Source: Raja brachyura (taxonomy: Eukaryota). Taken from it: a DNA stretch of 64,000 nucleotides. The stretch spans positions 16,554,001 through 16,618,000 of the forward strand of contig OY740801.1 of NCBI GenBank assembly GCA_963514005.1, in the 5' to 3' direction. Under the pieces are notes generated by a model, which was not told the DNA's origin, ran no database searches, and worked only from the letters and a program-made list of their open reading frames with translations. The translations under genes were made by a program, and so were the position numbers. Below are positions 12,516 through 25,452 of this stretch, piece after piece. How positions within the stretch are numbered: position 1 is the first letter of the stretch; each line of letters starts with the position of its first letter.

Positions 12516-13146
12516 GTTTTATGACCCACTGCAGCATTTAAACCTGCATTAAGTGTTTCCCCGGGGTAGGCAGGGAACCTTTGTGAGTGTTGGTGTTACC
12601 CGTTGCGAGGGTTGGCCCGGTATGTGATCGCCGATTCCCTCTCCCCTGCTCCCACTCGTTTACCAAACACCAGGCAATGTTTCCCAAGGCTTGAAGCTGG
12701 GTTATTATATAGCGGAGGAGCTGATGTGTAACCTCTCCCTGACGACTAAGCAGCTTAGTGATTTGGTCTACTGTTGCAAAATTATTAACGCTCTATAGTC
12801 TGAATGTGGACAGGTTATTATTTATGTTTACAGTACGCATTCGGTTCGGTAAGAACGCTTTAATACATGGATTGTTTTCTAGACTGGAGTCTTTATGAAG
12901 CTAATATAAAAAAAGAGTTTTTCCAGATAAGTCGAAGACATGATAATTTTATTATGTTTGATGTTTATAATTTCACGTTAATTTCCAAAGAATTGATTCC
13001 AGAGAGTATTGATGGATTTCTCCCTTCCCATTACAGTTCACTTTTCTTCTCCTCTGTCCTATGACATGGGGTCTCGTCATATCCATCTGTGGAAGGTTAC
13101 ATCCAGAAACATTGTGAAGGTGTGAATGTTGGTGAATCCAAAAATT

Positions 13147-13230
13147 GTCTCGACCCGAAAGGTCACCCATTCCTTCTCTCCAGAGATGCTGCCTGTCCCG
13201 CTGAGTTATTCCAGCTTTTTGTGTCTATCC
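13147..13230 (+). mobile_element. Penelope-derived repeat fragment
   Basis: gtctcgacccgaaaggtcacccattccttctctccagagatgctgcctgtcccgctgagttattccagctttttgtgtctatc. Confidence 0.8.
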
Positions 13231-15316
13231 AAAATTATGACTTGCTACAACGTTTGACCAAAGGTTATAAATAGCGAGGGGTCAGCAAAACTGTATAGGA
13301 ATTAATTTTTCAGAATATCTTTGAGCTTTCCTTTGGGGTCATTTTTCCCCCTTGCCACCTGTCATATAATTCGAGTAAAACTCCAAGGGTTTGCATCGGA
13401 GAAGTGTTTGCACATTTTTTTTGCCACTTTCCACAATACTTACATTCTGATTTTTTTTTTTGTTATAGTCTGGAGCGAGGGCGTCTGCTATGTGGCTTAG
13501 AAATCTTGTGTTGTTTAACACAAACCCAGAGGACCTTGGGGGTAACTTGAATGGTATTAATTGCTAAGCTGTTTACAAGCGTGTAAACGAAACTCGACTT
13601 AATGGTGCGGCTTATAATGTTGATCTCCACATTAAATATGTTTAATGCAGAGGTTATGCATCTCCTTATAAACACGTCTCGAAAAATATATGGACTAAAC
13701 CATTGGGGCATTTTATGCTGAAATTATCAAACATTACACTCACTCTCGTTACCTGAGATGGAAGGCGGTAAGAAGTACTTTTAAAAAAATAGATTAAAAT
13801 GTGAGAAAATATGAACGTCGATTGATCCCGGCTAACTGCTTTGTTCAGGGGTGAAAATGACAATCAGATGATGATCGATTGGTGTCCGGCGAGGTGATGT
13901 TTGATGGACGTTCATGACAACTGCCCAAATGCATTCTAATATAAGTGTGTTGCCTTGTCTTTGGTACTACGTTTAAGAAAAAATGGCAAAATCGACAAAA
14001 CTTATTTAAAAGACACCAGAATCCGTTGGCATCGTTTGTTTTCTAAACGATGGGGACCGGGTGCTGCTTTTTCCCGAATTGAATTATGAACCAAATTAAC
14101 ACCAAGGCGAAACGACCTTGGGGACTTTCTTCGGATATACAGTAGCTTTCTGCGAGGATTGGCGTTTGATCTGGACTGATACTGAATGTTGTCAGGTTTT
14201 GTTAAAGTGAAACAGGATTAATTACGAAAGATAACACGAGTGCAGAAGGTCCTGGCGGATGTCGTTGTCTTAGTTTGCCAAGTATATATATATTGGTTTG
14301 ATTGTTAATGTTTTCACAAGATGGACTTGGGTAGACTATCGATCAAAGGCTCGCCCGGTTGGTTTTCGGAGTGAAAACCAAAGACCAGGAACGATGTTGC
14401 GTATCGTTGTAGCTGGGATGAAGGGTGGAATTATTTTGATATTTTACTCAACTGGGATCTGATTGTCTGCGAGATCCTTAACGAATCCCAGGCGGCTGTA
14501 CAGCCAAACAAAAATATCGAAGTGGTCTTAATTGATTCTGTATGGGTCTGGGGCAGTTTATCACAAAACATGAAGGTTCACGGCAGAGAATTGGGAGGCA
14601 GAGAGTTTAGTTTTAATCGGGAAGTGAGTGGGGCCTGAACACCCAGATGCGAACCGTAGATTTCCTGCTTCTGGGTTTCATGGAAGAATTGTCCAGTGTT
14701 CAACTGTGGGCAGGTTACCTTTCACGGTTTATCTTTCGCTGCGCTTTCTGCTTTATTGTTAACGGGGAATGGTGATAATTTAGGATGGTCTAGTTAACAA
14801 TCTTGTCAACAAAACTCAGGTACGCTGCAGGTCTGTGGCCCCATGCACTGCCTAGACACACGGAAGTTCGGGTTGTCTGATCACACGGCGAGTGTGCTCT
14901 CTCGGCTGCACACTGGCTGGAACGTCTGAAGAGGCCCATGGAATGTTTTGATCTGCATACACGTCTAATTATATACCTTTGCGCCGACAGAAGTGCTTAA
15001 GATCTCGTGTCAGTTAAAAAGCATATAGGCAGGTCTACAGTTCAACAGAAATCCACACACGTGCTATTTTGTCAATGCTGCGGTTATGTGGAAAAAATTT
15101 GGATTAATGCATACAAATTAGCAAACGAAAAGGCAGTTATGGATTAATAGAAACTAATGCGATGTTATTCTTCTGATCAGGTTCCAGGCGGAATTTTCGC
15201 CAGTTCTTCCACCCAGCACGCGAAATATCAGAGCGCAACGACTGCATACAGTTCGTCCATCTCCTCCTCCCTTGCACTGAGCAACATCGGACCAGGTCAA
15301 AGCTCCTTAAAGGAAA

Positions 15317-15420
15317 TCAAAGGTAGACAAAAATGCTGGAGAAACTCAGCGGGTGAGGCAGCATTTATGGAGCGAAGGAAATAGGCAAAGTTTCGGGCCG
15401 AAACCCTTCTTCACACTGAA
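15317..15420 (-). mobile_element. Penelope-derived repeat (subfamily B, UUCG-loop hammerhead stem II)
   Basis: Reverse complement reads tgaagaaGGGT-TTCG-GCCC-gaaac. Shares a body with the 1047-1238 and 7779-7904 copies. Confidence 0.8.
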
Positions 15421-16595
15421 CTTCGTTTTTATACATCACGTTTTATACGGCCGTGCTCTTGATATTTTGGAGTAGTTTCTGAATATAATCAATCAGTTAA
15501 TCAATGTCCCACTTCTGTTCTAATTGATTAATTGTACAATGACGTTAACTAACAATCACTAGGTACGCTCTGTGCATTTTGCTAAACATTAAAAAAATTA
15601 CTGCAATGTATTATTTTTGCATTTTATAAATAAATAAGCCACCCATGTGAAAAGTACGGGGATGCCTGCCTGCTAGTTTATTCTTCATGTTGGTAACGAC
15701 ATTATATTCTCCAAAGAACGTTGTTAGAGTAACAATGATCCATGTTACAAACTTAATGCAAGCAATTTTCCTCGATGTTTCCAAATTTGGGACGCATATT
15801 TTAAAGGTTTAATTTCTCTAACTGGAGGGGAAAATATACAAAAAGCAGAGTTGAGAGTTTACTCGGCGCCCTGTGAATATTGTGCGACTACATGTTGGCG
15901 AAGATACCCATGAATAAATTCACATCGGTTTTATAAAAGGCGCGGGAATTTCAACAAAAACATATCCGCCCGCTACAAATTACCCATTAAAATTTATTTT
16001 ACATTGCAGATATAAATGTTATTCTTAACCTCACAACCATAGTATGCGGGTCTGTTGTGATGGACATTCGGGTGGACATGGATGCGCCAGTTGTCAGGCC
16101 CCCTTGAACTGCTCGCGATTAATTGCTGGTATTTCGTTTTGAACGATAGTCACTTATTGAAACAACTACATTTTGCACGGCGCATACACGCCTCCTTGCA
16201 ACTCATACCCCCAATAGTAGCCACCAGTTGATTCCATTCTAGTTCCCGATATTATTGACTTGGATATGTCGGGTATCGATAGCTGCCCAATATCTGGAAT
16301 GAACCAAGTACTGCTTACGTATATACAGAAAGCATTCCTTTCCGAATGAAAGACATAAAATAAAACAATTTTGTCAGCAACAGACGTGTTTATTCATGTA
16401 TCCAGACCTTTTTCTGATGTATCAATATTTTCGCTAGTATCGGAATTTAACGCGATGTAAACCTATTAAAACAGCATAAAACAACACAAAAGACTAGAAA
16501 TACACAATAAATGACTGGCTTAAATTCTCATAAAATTATAAACATGGGCAATGAACGCCATGTCGTCCTGTACCTAACTTACACAGGCAATGTAA

Positions 16596-16952
16596 GGCAG
16601 ACACAAAATGCTAGAGTAACTCAGCGGGACAGGCAGCATCTCTGGGTAGAAGGAATGGGTGACGTTTCGGGTCGAGACCCTTCTTCAGACTGAAGAGTTC
16701 CAGCATTTTGTGTCCACCTTCGGTGTAAACCAGCACCAGCAGTTCCTTCCTACACATTTAGTCTGCCCCACCGTGAAATCTCCTCAAGGTATGCCTACTT
16801 TGAAGAGGTTCTACTCCGAGTCTGAAGAAGGGTCTCGACCTGAAACCTCGCCCATTCCTTCTATCCAGGGATGCTGCCTGCCCCGCTGAGTTACTCCACC
16901 ATTCTGTGTCTATCTTCGGTGAAAACCAGCGTCCGCAGTCCCTTCCTGCACC
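16596..16952. mobile_element. Penelope-derived compound fold-back repeat with two hammerhead cores
   Basis: Intact minus-strand core at 16688-16661 (CTGAAGAAGGGTCTCGACCCGAAACGTC), mutated plus-strand core at 16822-16849, inverted arms. Confidence 0.85.
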
Positions 16953-17730
16953 AGTTATATATATGTAACCATGCCTATCTTTCGATCAAAAGTACTTCGT
17001 TTTTTGTTGCAGGGAGAGCCGTCGATGAATTCATTTTCTAAAATGTCTTTACACAGCGATTGAGCTGTGCGCCATGCATGCGGACTCTCAGCTGTTTTTC
17101 ACCTCTTCAGTAGCTATCCTCTTTATTTTGTTCCGTGTGCCTAATTAAGTTATATTAATATATTAAATAAATACGCACGCTATTTAACTTTTTTGTTCGA
17201 TGTTAAGCTCAGGTGTGTTGTCGTATTTGGATGCCAGATAATTGCAAAACCTCATTGACCGACCGACCGACCCGCTACATTCCCACGCAGTTATAATATA
17301 TAAACACCGTAGATTTGATGTTTGTCACGATAATAATTAATACTAGTCGGGTCACCTCACCTACTAGTGACCGGGGCAGATTGACTAATTTTGGCCCATT
17401 AATCATTCGGACTTGAAGGCAATCAAATGAAACAAACTAGGGGGCAACAGAACACGCCAGCTGACTGGCCGCTGTAATTACCGTATTACATTTCTAAGGA
17501 TACGGATGCACAAATCTTTTCGTTCTTAACTTTAGAAGTGGCCAGGCCAATTAATGTCCATTTCGGTCAATATCGGCGTTGAAGTCGTGTATTTCTTTCT
17601 AAAAGTTCCAATCCTAAAAATATTGAAAAAAAATGTTGCAAATGTTGAGTACGGGTTGCATGAATGCGTGTAAATTGACAGTTCTAGTCGCGGACTCGTC
17701 GTGTTTTAGACCACGGGGATAGTTTCGTCC

Positions 17731-17896
17731 AAGATAGACACAATCTCTGGAGAAAAGGAATATGTGACGTCTCGATTCTCGACCCGAAACGTCACCTATT
17801 TCTTTGCTCCAGAGAATCTGTCTGATCCGCTGAGTTACTCCAGCTTTTTGTGTCTATCTACGGCTTAAATCAGCATCTGCAGTTCTTTCCTACACA
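17731..17896. mobile_element. Penelope-derived fold-back repeat
   Basis: Flanked by AGTTTCGTCC (17721-17730 and 17900-17909). Body matches the family. Confidence 0.8.
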
Positions 17897-17919
17897 AACA
17901 GTTTCGTCCGATTCGTCCA

Positions 17920-18135
17920 CGCTGACCTAACCAAGCTCCTCTCATTTGCCGGCGCCTGACCCATAGCCTTCCAAACTTTCCCAATCCGTGTACCTGTCCA
18001 AGTGTCTTTTAAATGTTGTAATTGTACCGGCCTCTGCCACTTCCTCTGGCAGCTGGTTTCATACATGCACGACCCGGTGATGAAACAGTTGCCCCCCTGG
18101 GACCCATTTAAATCTTCCCCTCTCACCTTAAGCCT
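17920..18135 (-). mobile_element. CR1 LINE 3' fragment
   Basis: Reverse complement has CR1 ORF2 C-terminal features (gaggggaagatttaaatggg...cagctgccagaggaagtggcagaggccggtacaattacaacatttaaaagacacttggaca). Confidence 0.75.
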
Positions 18136-19004
18136 GTGCTGTTGAAGTTTAAATTATGTAATTCAGTCCGCCCTAAACAAAGCAGGCGAGTCTATCCTCT
18201 CAAATATCATCTTACATTACCGGGCGGGTAACTGTCAGCTCAGATACGTTTGAAGGGTTGTCATTCCTGCTTTGCTCAGAGTCGTTTGTTCCCCCCAACT
18301 ACTCCCCCCCCCTCCCCTTTCCTGCTACATTCTCCCGCCTACTCGCCTTAACAAGATCTCTACTAATTACATCCTTTCAGAGAGACGGTAAACTGTACTC
18401 GACGCTGGCGCCTTGCAGTTAAAAACGTTTGCCCAATGCAGTCGAAACACTCAGTGTTGGCAAAAGAGCGAATGCGGGGCCTCATCAATTCGGCGACTGT
18501 GGTAATCTTAAACCAGACAGGCCTAACACACAGAGATGGAAATATTGTATTGGGGACACAACATTTAAACAGGACGTTTCAAAAACTTAAATTCAACCAG
18601 CCCCATAGAAAACAGTCAGCTCATCGTTCCCACACCATGCGACCGTTGAGGTACAAGAGGAAACCTTTCGGCCCTTCGATTCGTCCTAGCTCATTGTAGA
18701 ATCAAAATAGAATTACGTTTTGTTGAAGTATATCTTTGAGCGGAGAAGAGAAATTGTCAGAGTTGAACCATATATCTGATCTGCACTGTTCGAACGAGGA
18801 GCCGTGGGATAGGTTTGAAATGGATTACATTAGTATTAGCATAATTAATACAACACACTATATAGGCATTGCAAGGAAATCTAGTTAATTAATTTGAGTG
18901 AACCAATGCTTCCCGTTGACGAATGTTCGACACAAGGGTGCATATATCATACCAACACATTGTACGACAATTGAATAGACTCTGTGTGGGTTTATAAAAT
19001 GTTA

Positions 19005-19090
19005 GACCGACCCGAAACGTCACCCATTCCTTCTCTCCAGAGATGCTGCCTGACCCGCTGAGTTACTCCAGCTTTTTGTGTCTATCTTCT
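19005..19090 (+). mobile_element. Penelope-derived repeat fragment
   Basis: cgacccgaaacgtcacccattccttctctccagagatgctgcctgacccgctgagttactccagc. Confidence 0.8.
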
Positions 19091-19432
19091 TCCATTTCTG
19101 CTCGTCCACCTAAAACATGAAGGCTGCCTCTCTATCCAATGCCTGCCGAGCATTTCAACATCATTTTTTCTAGCGCCCGTAGTATTTTGATTTTACAATG
19201 AGATGTGTATATAATGCTCTCGTTATCCATTCCGCCAAGCCATCACATTCGCTCCTACCCAAGAAGAGCTGCTAGTTTTGTAACATAGCTCGCTGACTAG
19301 CCCGCTGAAGTCAGTAAGGTTGATAAGCGCGCCTCTGTTCATTAGAAACAAATTCGAGCATGGGTTAGTCAACAGAAACCCAGTCGGTGTCTTTTTTCTG
19401 GTGTCGAAAGCAACCCAACAAATTTCCTGAGA

Positions 19433-19560
19433 GTAGGAAGGAACTGCAGATGTTGGATTAGACCGACGAGAGACAGAACATGCTGGAGTAGCTGAGCGGG
19501 ACAGGCAGCATCTCTGGAGAGAAGGAATGGGCAATATTTCGGGTTGAGACCCTTCTTCTG
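19433..19560 (-). mobile_element. Penelope-derived repeat
   Basis: gtaggaaggaactgcagatg...ggagtagctgagcgggacaggcagcatctctggagagaagg...tttcgggttgagacccttcttc. Confidence 0.8.
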
Positions 19561-20305
19561 GTTTGTGTTAGTTTAGATACTTTAAACGTGTCGTTGGATA
19601 TATGTATCACGCCCTGAAACATTGAAGCACAAATTGGGGCATTGCCGCTTTCGTTTATATAACGCATTACAATCTCAAACACACTGTATCAAACGCATTA
19701 CAATCTCAAACACGCACCAACATTTCCTGCATTACTCTCGGCTAACAGGGGACAGGCTACACTTGATGCAATCTCGCTCAATAAGTTTTAACGCTGCCGA
19801 AATCTCGTCTCATCCATTTTATTTACGCTTCGGGAAACAATATAATTCTGAGAAATAAAAAGGGATTTGTATTGACACAATTCAGTCAGATTTGGAATAT
19901 TCACTGTACAGTATTTAATTTTTCCGCGGTACAGTTCATACCTGACTGGCAGGGGAAGATGCGACAATGAGATATCGTGACCTCAGTGAGTCTGGACATC
20001 GTGTTCTCTTTAGCCCAGTGAGCAAATAATTGAAAAAAACCATAGCCAGAATAAAAGTGGGAAACGCATTAAAGGGAGTGCCTGGCTGTTGGATTCCTTT
20101 AAAACGGTTATATTGTTGTCTGGCCCTTAACTCTTCCTTTAAAATAAAACTTGTTATTTCCTCGTGTAATTTAAATGTTCTCCCCGGGTGCTTGCAGTTT
20201 CTAGCACAATGGCATTGCATCCAGACAGTCCGTGATGTTACCAGGACTCTGGCACAGTCCTTGAGAGTCAGTTTGAAATAAATACACAGCCAACAATGTA
20301 CAAAG

Positions 20306-20582
20306 CTTCGGTAGCTTACAACCCAACAGGCAGAACATTGACTTCTCCAATGTTAGGTTAACAACAACCCCCTCCCCCCTCCACTCTATCCCCCACATCC
20401 ACCACCCCCTTCTCCCCACCCCTCCCCTGCCCTGTGCCCCACCTGCCCCACTTTGTTTTGCTTCTCCTCTCTCCCAGAATTCCTCCTCTCCCTCCAATCA
20501 TTCTGAACAAGGGTCCCGACCCAAAATGTCACCTGTGTTCTCCATAGATTCTACCTGACCAACTGAGTTACTCCAGAACTTT
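20306..20582 (+). mobile_element. Penelope-like element 3' fragment: ORF C-terminus, pyrimidine tract and decayed hammerhead
   Basis: Encodes GSLQPNRQNIDFSN (Penelope-like GIY-YIG C-terminal pattern GxLQPxGMNIxFSNF), then a C-rich tract, then ctgaacaagggtcccgacccaaaatgtc. TSD AATGT(A/G)CAAAG at 20295-20305 and 20583-20593. Confidence 0.7.
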
Positions 20583-21474
20583 AATGTGCAAAGAGCTCCT
20601 CACATTAAAGCATAATAAAAGTCAGTAGATCAAAGTGCTTTTGTGTATCATGTGCAATGCAATTTGACTCGGATCATTTCACAATTCAGTTTGCTGGTTG
20701 AATTATTCCCCCTCGACAGTGAGCATCTGCTGCATCCAGGTTGATCTCCCATCTAAGTACTGACCAGGATTGAAATGTTTGGAGATGACATTTGGGTTGC
20801 CAGTTCATGGGTATGTAAACTTCTCCAAATTCCTCTCCAAGTCACATACTATCCTGGGTTGGAAGTATTGGATCTAAGTACTGGAATTGTCATCCTAATT
20901 TCACAGTAAGTGTACATTAATCAGATGGACTCTAATGATCTCAAGATCCCACTGCCACCTTCTCAAAGTATGAGTAGTAACTGTTGGCCTTGTCACCACA
21001 CACAGCCTGAGAAAAGAGGGTTACATGTACCCAGAATGCTTCCAATAATTGCACTTCAATTCAATCTCAGTTCAACCCAAAAACTTGTAATTCAAAAGGT
21101 TAATCACCACTCATAAAGGATGGGTTATAATTAACATGCATATTTGATGTTTAAGTAGGATTTACAGCATGGAAACAGGGCACCAGGGCCATTGAACTAT
21201 GTGGATGAACTTTCTACCCATATTAATCTGACTCCAATACCATATCACTAATTTCATATCTTGCAGCTAGATTCACATTAAATACATCCATGGTTTTCAC
21301 ACATTAATGGGACTTTACAGTACAGAAGGGGGCCAATCAACATGTGTGTCAGTGTCGGAAAATGAGCTATTTAGATGAAATCCATGTCAAGAGTTCTTCT
21401 CTGTATTTTTTTTAATGTGATGAACAGCTCACCCTTCGCTATTCTTTCAACCCTTGTGTTCAAGAAGAGCTCTG

Positions 21475-21847
21475 ACCGCCGGCCTGTGGCCTATAACATC
21501 TTGAAGCTGCGATCTCCGGTAAGGAGGTGGCCGATTTGGGAGCTCCGGGCCGCGGGGTGTGCTTGACCTGTCCCGATGTCGGCATTCCGACCATCCCGAC
21601 CAGTGGGATTGACCATCGGGCCGTCCGTAGCAGCAACTACCGAGGGTCAGGACCCCGACCACGGGTGAATAAGGGAGGAGGACTGTCTGAACTGTATTGC
21701 CTTCTACCACAGTGAAGAATGCTGTGGTGGATGTCTGTGTTGAATTATGTTGTGTATTATGTCCTTGTTTAATTGTAACGCTGCATGTTAAATTACATTC
21801 CACTGCACCTCATGGTGCATGTGACAAACACATTTGAACTTGAACTT
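21475..21847 (+). mobile_element. GC-rich non-LTR-type repeat with (GAACTT)n tail
   Basis: The 3' end 'ctgcatgttaaattacattccactgcacctcatggtgcatgtgacaaacacatttgaacttgaactt' is related to 37220-37280 and to the LINE tail at 47800-47855. Confidence 0.55.
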
Positions 21848-21849
21848 GT

Positions 21850-23100
21850 CCCACATCCCAACAGTCTCAAGATGAAAACCTTTACCTCAACTCCTGTTCC
21901 AATCTTTCCTCAATATTTTTATGTTGTCTTGATATTGTCCTTTCTTCTCAGGAAAACAAACTTTTTATCTGTACTCCCTTCCTGGATGTTTCACAAATGT
22001 ACACATTCTAATTAAATCTCCCTTCGGCCTTCTCTATTCCAAAGAAGATAATCTTAGCTAGGCCAATCTGTTCCCATAACTAAATTTTCCATGACTCTTC
22101 TCTGCACGTTCTACTTAGCTAGCCCATAATTACTGTAGCATAGTGACCAGAAATGTACATAGAAATCTAGCCAATGCCTAACCTGTGCTTTTTACAGTTC
22201 CAGTATGAGCTCTCTGCTCTTTTGTTCTATATCTTATCAAAAACAGGCCTGTATCATCCTAACATCATATCTCTTCCTTTCTAACTTCAAGGATTTATGG
22301 GTTTGCACTACCAGTAGTCTTAGCCATTCTTCTCTGTGCCTTACCATGTCTTGTACATCCCTCTTATTGTGTATCATCCTTAAAATCATTTGTTCACATT
22401 TCTCCAGCTTGAAACTTGGTTGCTTTACTGCTCAGCCACTCAACCATTGACATCTTTTTGCAATATGTAACTTTCATCCTCACTTTGAAGTGTCTGGCCA
22501 ATTCTGGTACCATCTGCAAATTTCTTAACAATGCCTTGCAATTAAAACCCAGTCCATTGAAATATCCAACAAGAAGCAAGGAACCTAGAACTGTCCTTCA
22601 AAGCCACCAATACAAACCTGTATACCAGACTCTAAAACACTAGTTGATTATTACCCTTTGCTTTGGCAATAAGCTAATTTTGGATCCCTCGTCCCTTGAA
22701 CACATGGGCTAGTACTGTTTTGTGTGTGGAAACTTTTCAAAAGCCTTGTTGCAATCCATGTAGTCACGATTAACTGTTGTACTCTCATGAGCCCACGTTG
22801 GCACTTCCTCAAAAATATTTGTCAAACAATTATCCAATATGATCTTCCCTCAACAGATCTTTGCTGAACTTTCCTCATTATTAAGTGCCTTTCTAAATTA
22901 TAATTATTTATTCACTTATTCACTGATTTTATACAGACTGGTCTGCATCTATTCAATCTGTTCTATTCTCCCTTTTAAAACAACATTAGCAATCCTCTGA
23001 CACCATGCTTGCAGCCAAAAAGAAAAGGAAAATAATTGTAGTAGCCGTTATTTCCTCTCAGCATCCTGGTCTGGTGACACATTTACTTTTAAAGATGCCA
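21850..23100 (-). mobile_element. Old degenerate CR1 LINE
   Basis: Scattered CR1 ORF2-like segments (cttttcaaaagccttgttgcaatccatgtag; ggtaccatctgcaaattt = reverse of KFADGT). Confidence 0.55.
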
Positions 23101-25452
23101 GCAGTTAAATAGGCAAATGCAATTTTCTTCTGGTCTGCATGTGGTAGCCAGTTCTATACTGAAGCTACACTTCGGGGAAGAGAAATGAAAGAAATAAACT
23201 TTTGCATACTAAAGATTATCGGTATAATTTTGATACTTCAGCAACAGGTGATTTGGCAGAACAAATTTAGAATGCAGGGTATTTAAAAAATATAGGTCAT
23301 TATGTTAATAATTTATCAGAAAGAGTTTTGTCTGTTGGTTTTCTTTTGAAAAGAAAATAGATTTTATAATCCACTCTGCTCTGCAGTAACATATATATTT
23401 TATTATTGCAAAACAGAAGCTGGCTCAGGGCCAGTTTTGTAAATCTTCACTGATGGTGGTGCCCATAATGACAGGGTCCTGTGTGTGACTAGAATTCTGA
23501 ACAAACATGTTTTCAGTCGCATGGACAAAAACGTTAGGGAAAGGCAAAACTAATTTGCATCTGAAAACAATGGCATTAGAATAAATTTTGCCTACACTTT
23601 CCATAGATCATGACAAAATGGAAGTGTACAGTTTGAAAATTTTGTTTTGGTTCTGGGTGGGAGAGGTGGATGTGATGGAAAGAAGATTAGAACGTGGAAT
23701 CTCAATAAAAGTTGCTTAATATTTTATTTAATGTTACAGCATTTTGGAGTGTTTTTATTTTAATGCAGATGTTTTCTGAAAGTATTGTGTGCAATTGCTT
23801 TCTCTTCAAGAGATGATATCTGTCTAAACTGGACTCAAAATTATACAAGTGTATCAGTTTCATTATGGTGATCCCTTAATAAAGTCATTAAATTGATTAT
23901 CGCCCATCTCTTTCATTCTAAGAGTTTCTAAATATGATAATAGAAAAGATTTTCTCTGATCATTGAATCCTGTAATCCAATAAATGTTGAATTATTAACC
24001 ATTTAGTTTTCAAAATGTATTTCATGTGTTTTATTGCCCATCATGTAAGCACCTTAAAAAAGGTGCTTACATTATGGTACAAAGGGTTTTGTAAACCAGC
24101 ACTTGCAGTTCCTTTCTTCCATTACCAGCACTTGCAGTTCCTTTCTTCCATTGCTCACATGATGGGATTGGATAGAGTATTTGATAACTTTATTATGATT
24201 AGCACAGTAGTAACAGTCAAAACCAAGATAACATGGAACTTGGAGAATCATTGTATTTTGACAAATTGCTCCCTTTCTATTAATATCCATATTTCCAATA
24301 AAACATCCTGATAAGTTTCACAGTAGAGTGTACATACATTGAAGTTGTGTGAAATTAAATGACTGAACTAACTATTGGAAAGTTGCATTCCTGTGCTGGG
24401 ATCTATCATGTATTGGGATAGATGCTTTCTCTATTGCCCATCTGAACAGATTTGAGAATTAGTTTTCTTTGGGATATAGAAAAATACCGGGCAAAAACAA
24501 TTGTTGTTGTTTCTATATAACCTATGTTAAATGCATTAAAATTGGGTTGGTTCAGTAAACAGATTGCATAGGAAACCATCAACAATTGGCATGGGGTGTG
24601 ATCTGCCTAAATATGTTTTAAACCCATAACATCAATGAGAAATACTGAATAAATCATCTGCCCTCTGTTTAGACTGGGGCTGACGTGAGAAAAATTATTT
24701 TAGGTTAAGGGAAATAATTTTCAGAAAGTGGAAAGGAGAGAAGAAGTGTGCCTGGTAGTGAAATCTATTAGAAGGTGTTGGAAATTATGGAGAATGATCA
24801 ATGAATGTGGAACTGGTGGCATGAAGAGATCATGGGGAACTACAGTGCCCCTCCATAATGTTTGGGACAAAAACCCGTCATTTATTTATTTGCATCTGTA
24901 CGGCACAATTTGTGATTTGTTATAGAAAAAAATCACATGTGGTTAAAGTGCACATTGTCAGATTTTATTAAAGGGTATTTTTACACATTTTGGTTTTACT
25001 ATGTAGAAATTACAGCTGTATTTATACATAGCCACTCCCCCAATTTCAGGGCACCATAATGTTTGGTACACATGGCTTCACAGGTGTTTGTAATTGCTCA
25101 GGTGTGTTTAAATGCCTCTATAATGCATGTATAAGAAAGCTCTCAGCACCTAGTCTTTCCTCTAGTCTCTCCATCACCTTTGGAAACGTTTATTGCTGAT
25201 TATCAACATGAGGACCAAAGTTGTGCCAATGAAAGTCAAATAAGCCACTATGAGGCAAGCAAGGCAACTTTATTTATATAGCACATTTCATACACGAGGC
25301 AGACTCAAAGTGCTTCACATAAAAACATGTCATACAATAAAATGAAATAATTAAAAAAAGAAATAAAATAGAAGAATTAAAAGAAAATAAAAGCAAAGTA
25401 AAAAATGCATTATAGAAAAGTGCAAAAGTTAAAAGTGCAATGTAGTTAGGAT

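Noticed and set aside
20329-20345. 17-bp inverted identity (GGCAGAACATTGACTTC; both sites translate RQNIDFSNV) with SOX8 exon 3 at 7482-7498, suggesting a SOX8 fragment
   Set aside because: Its context is a Penelope-like ORF end (GSLQP..NIDFSN) inside a TSD-bounded insertion, and similarity to SOX8 does not extend further. Most likely coincidence.
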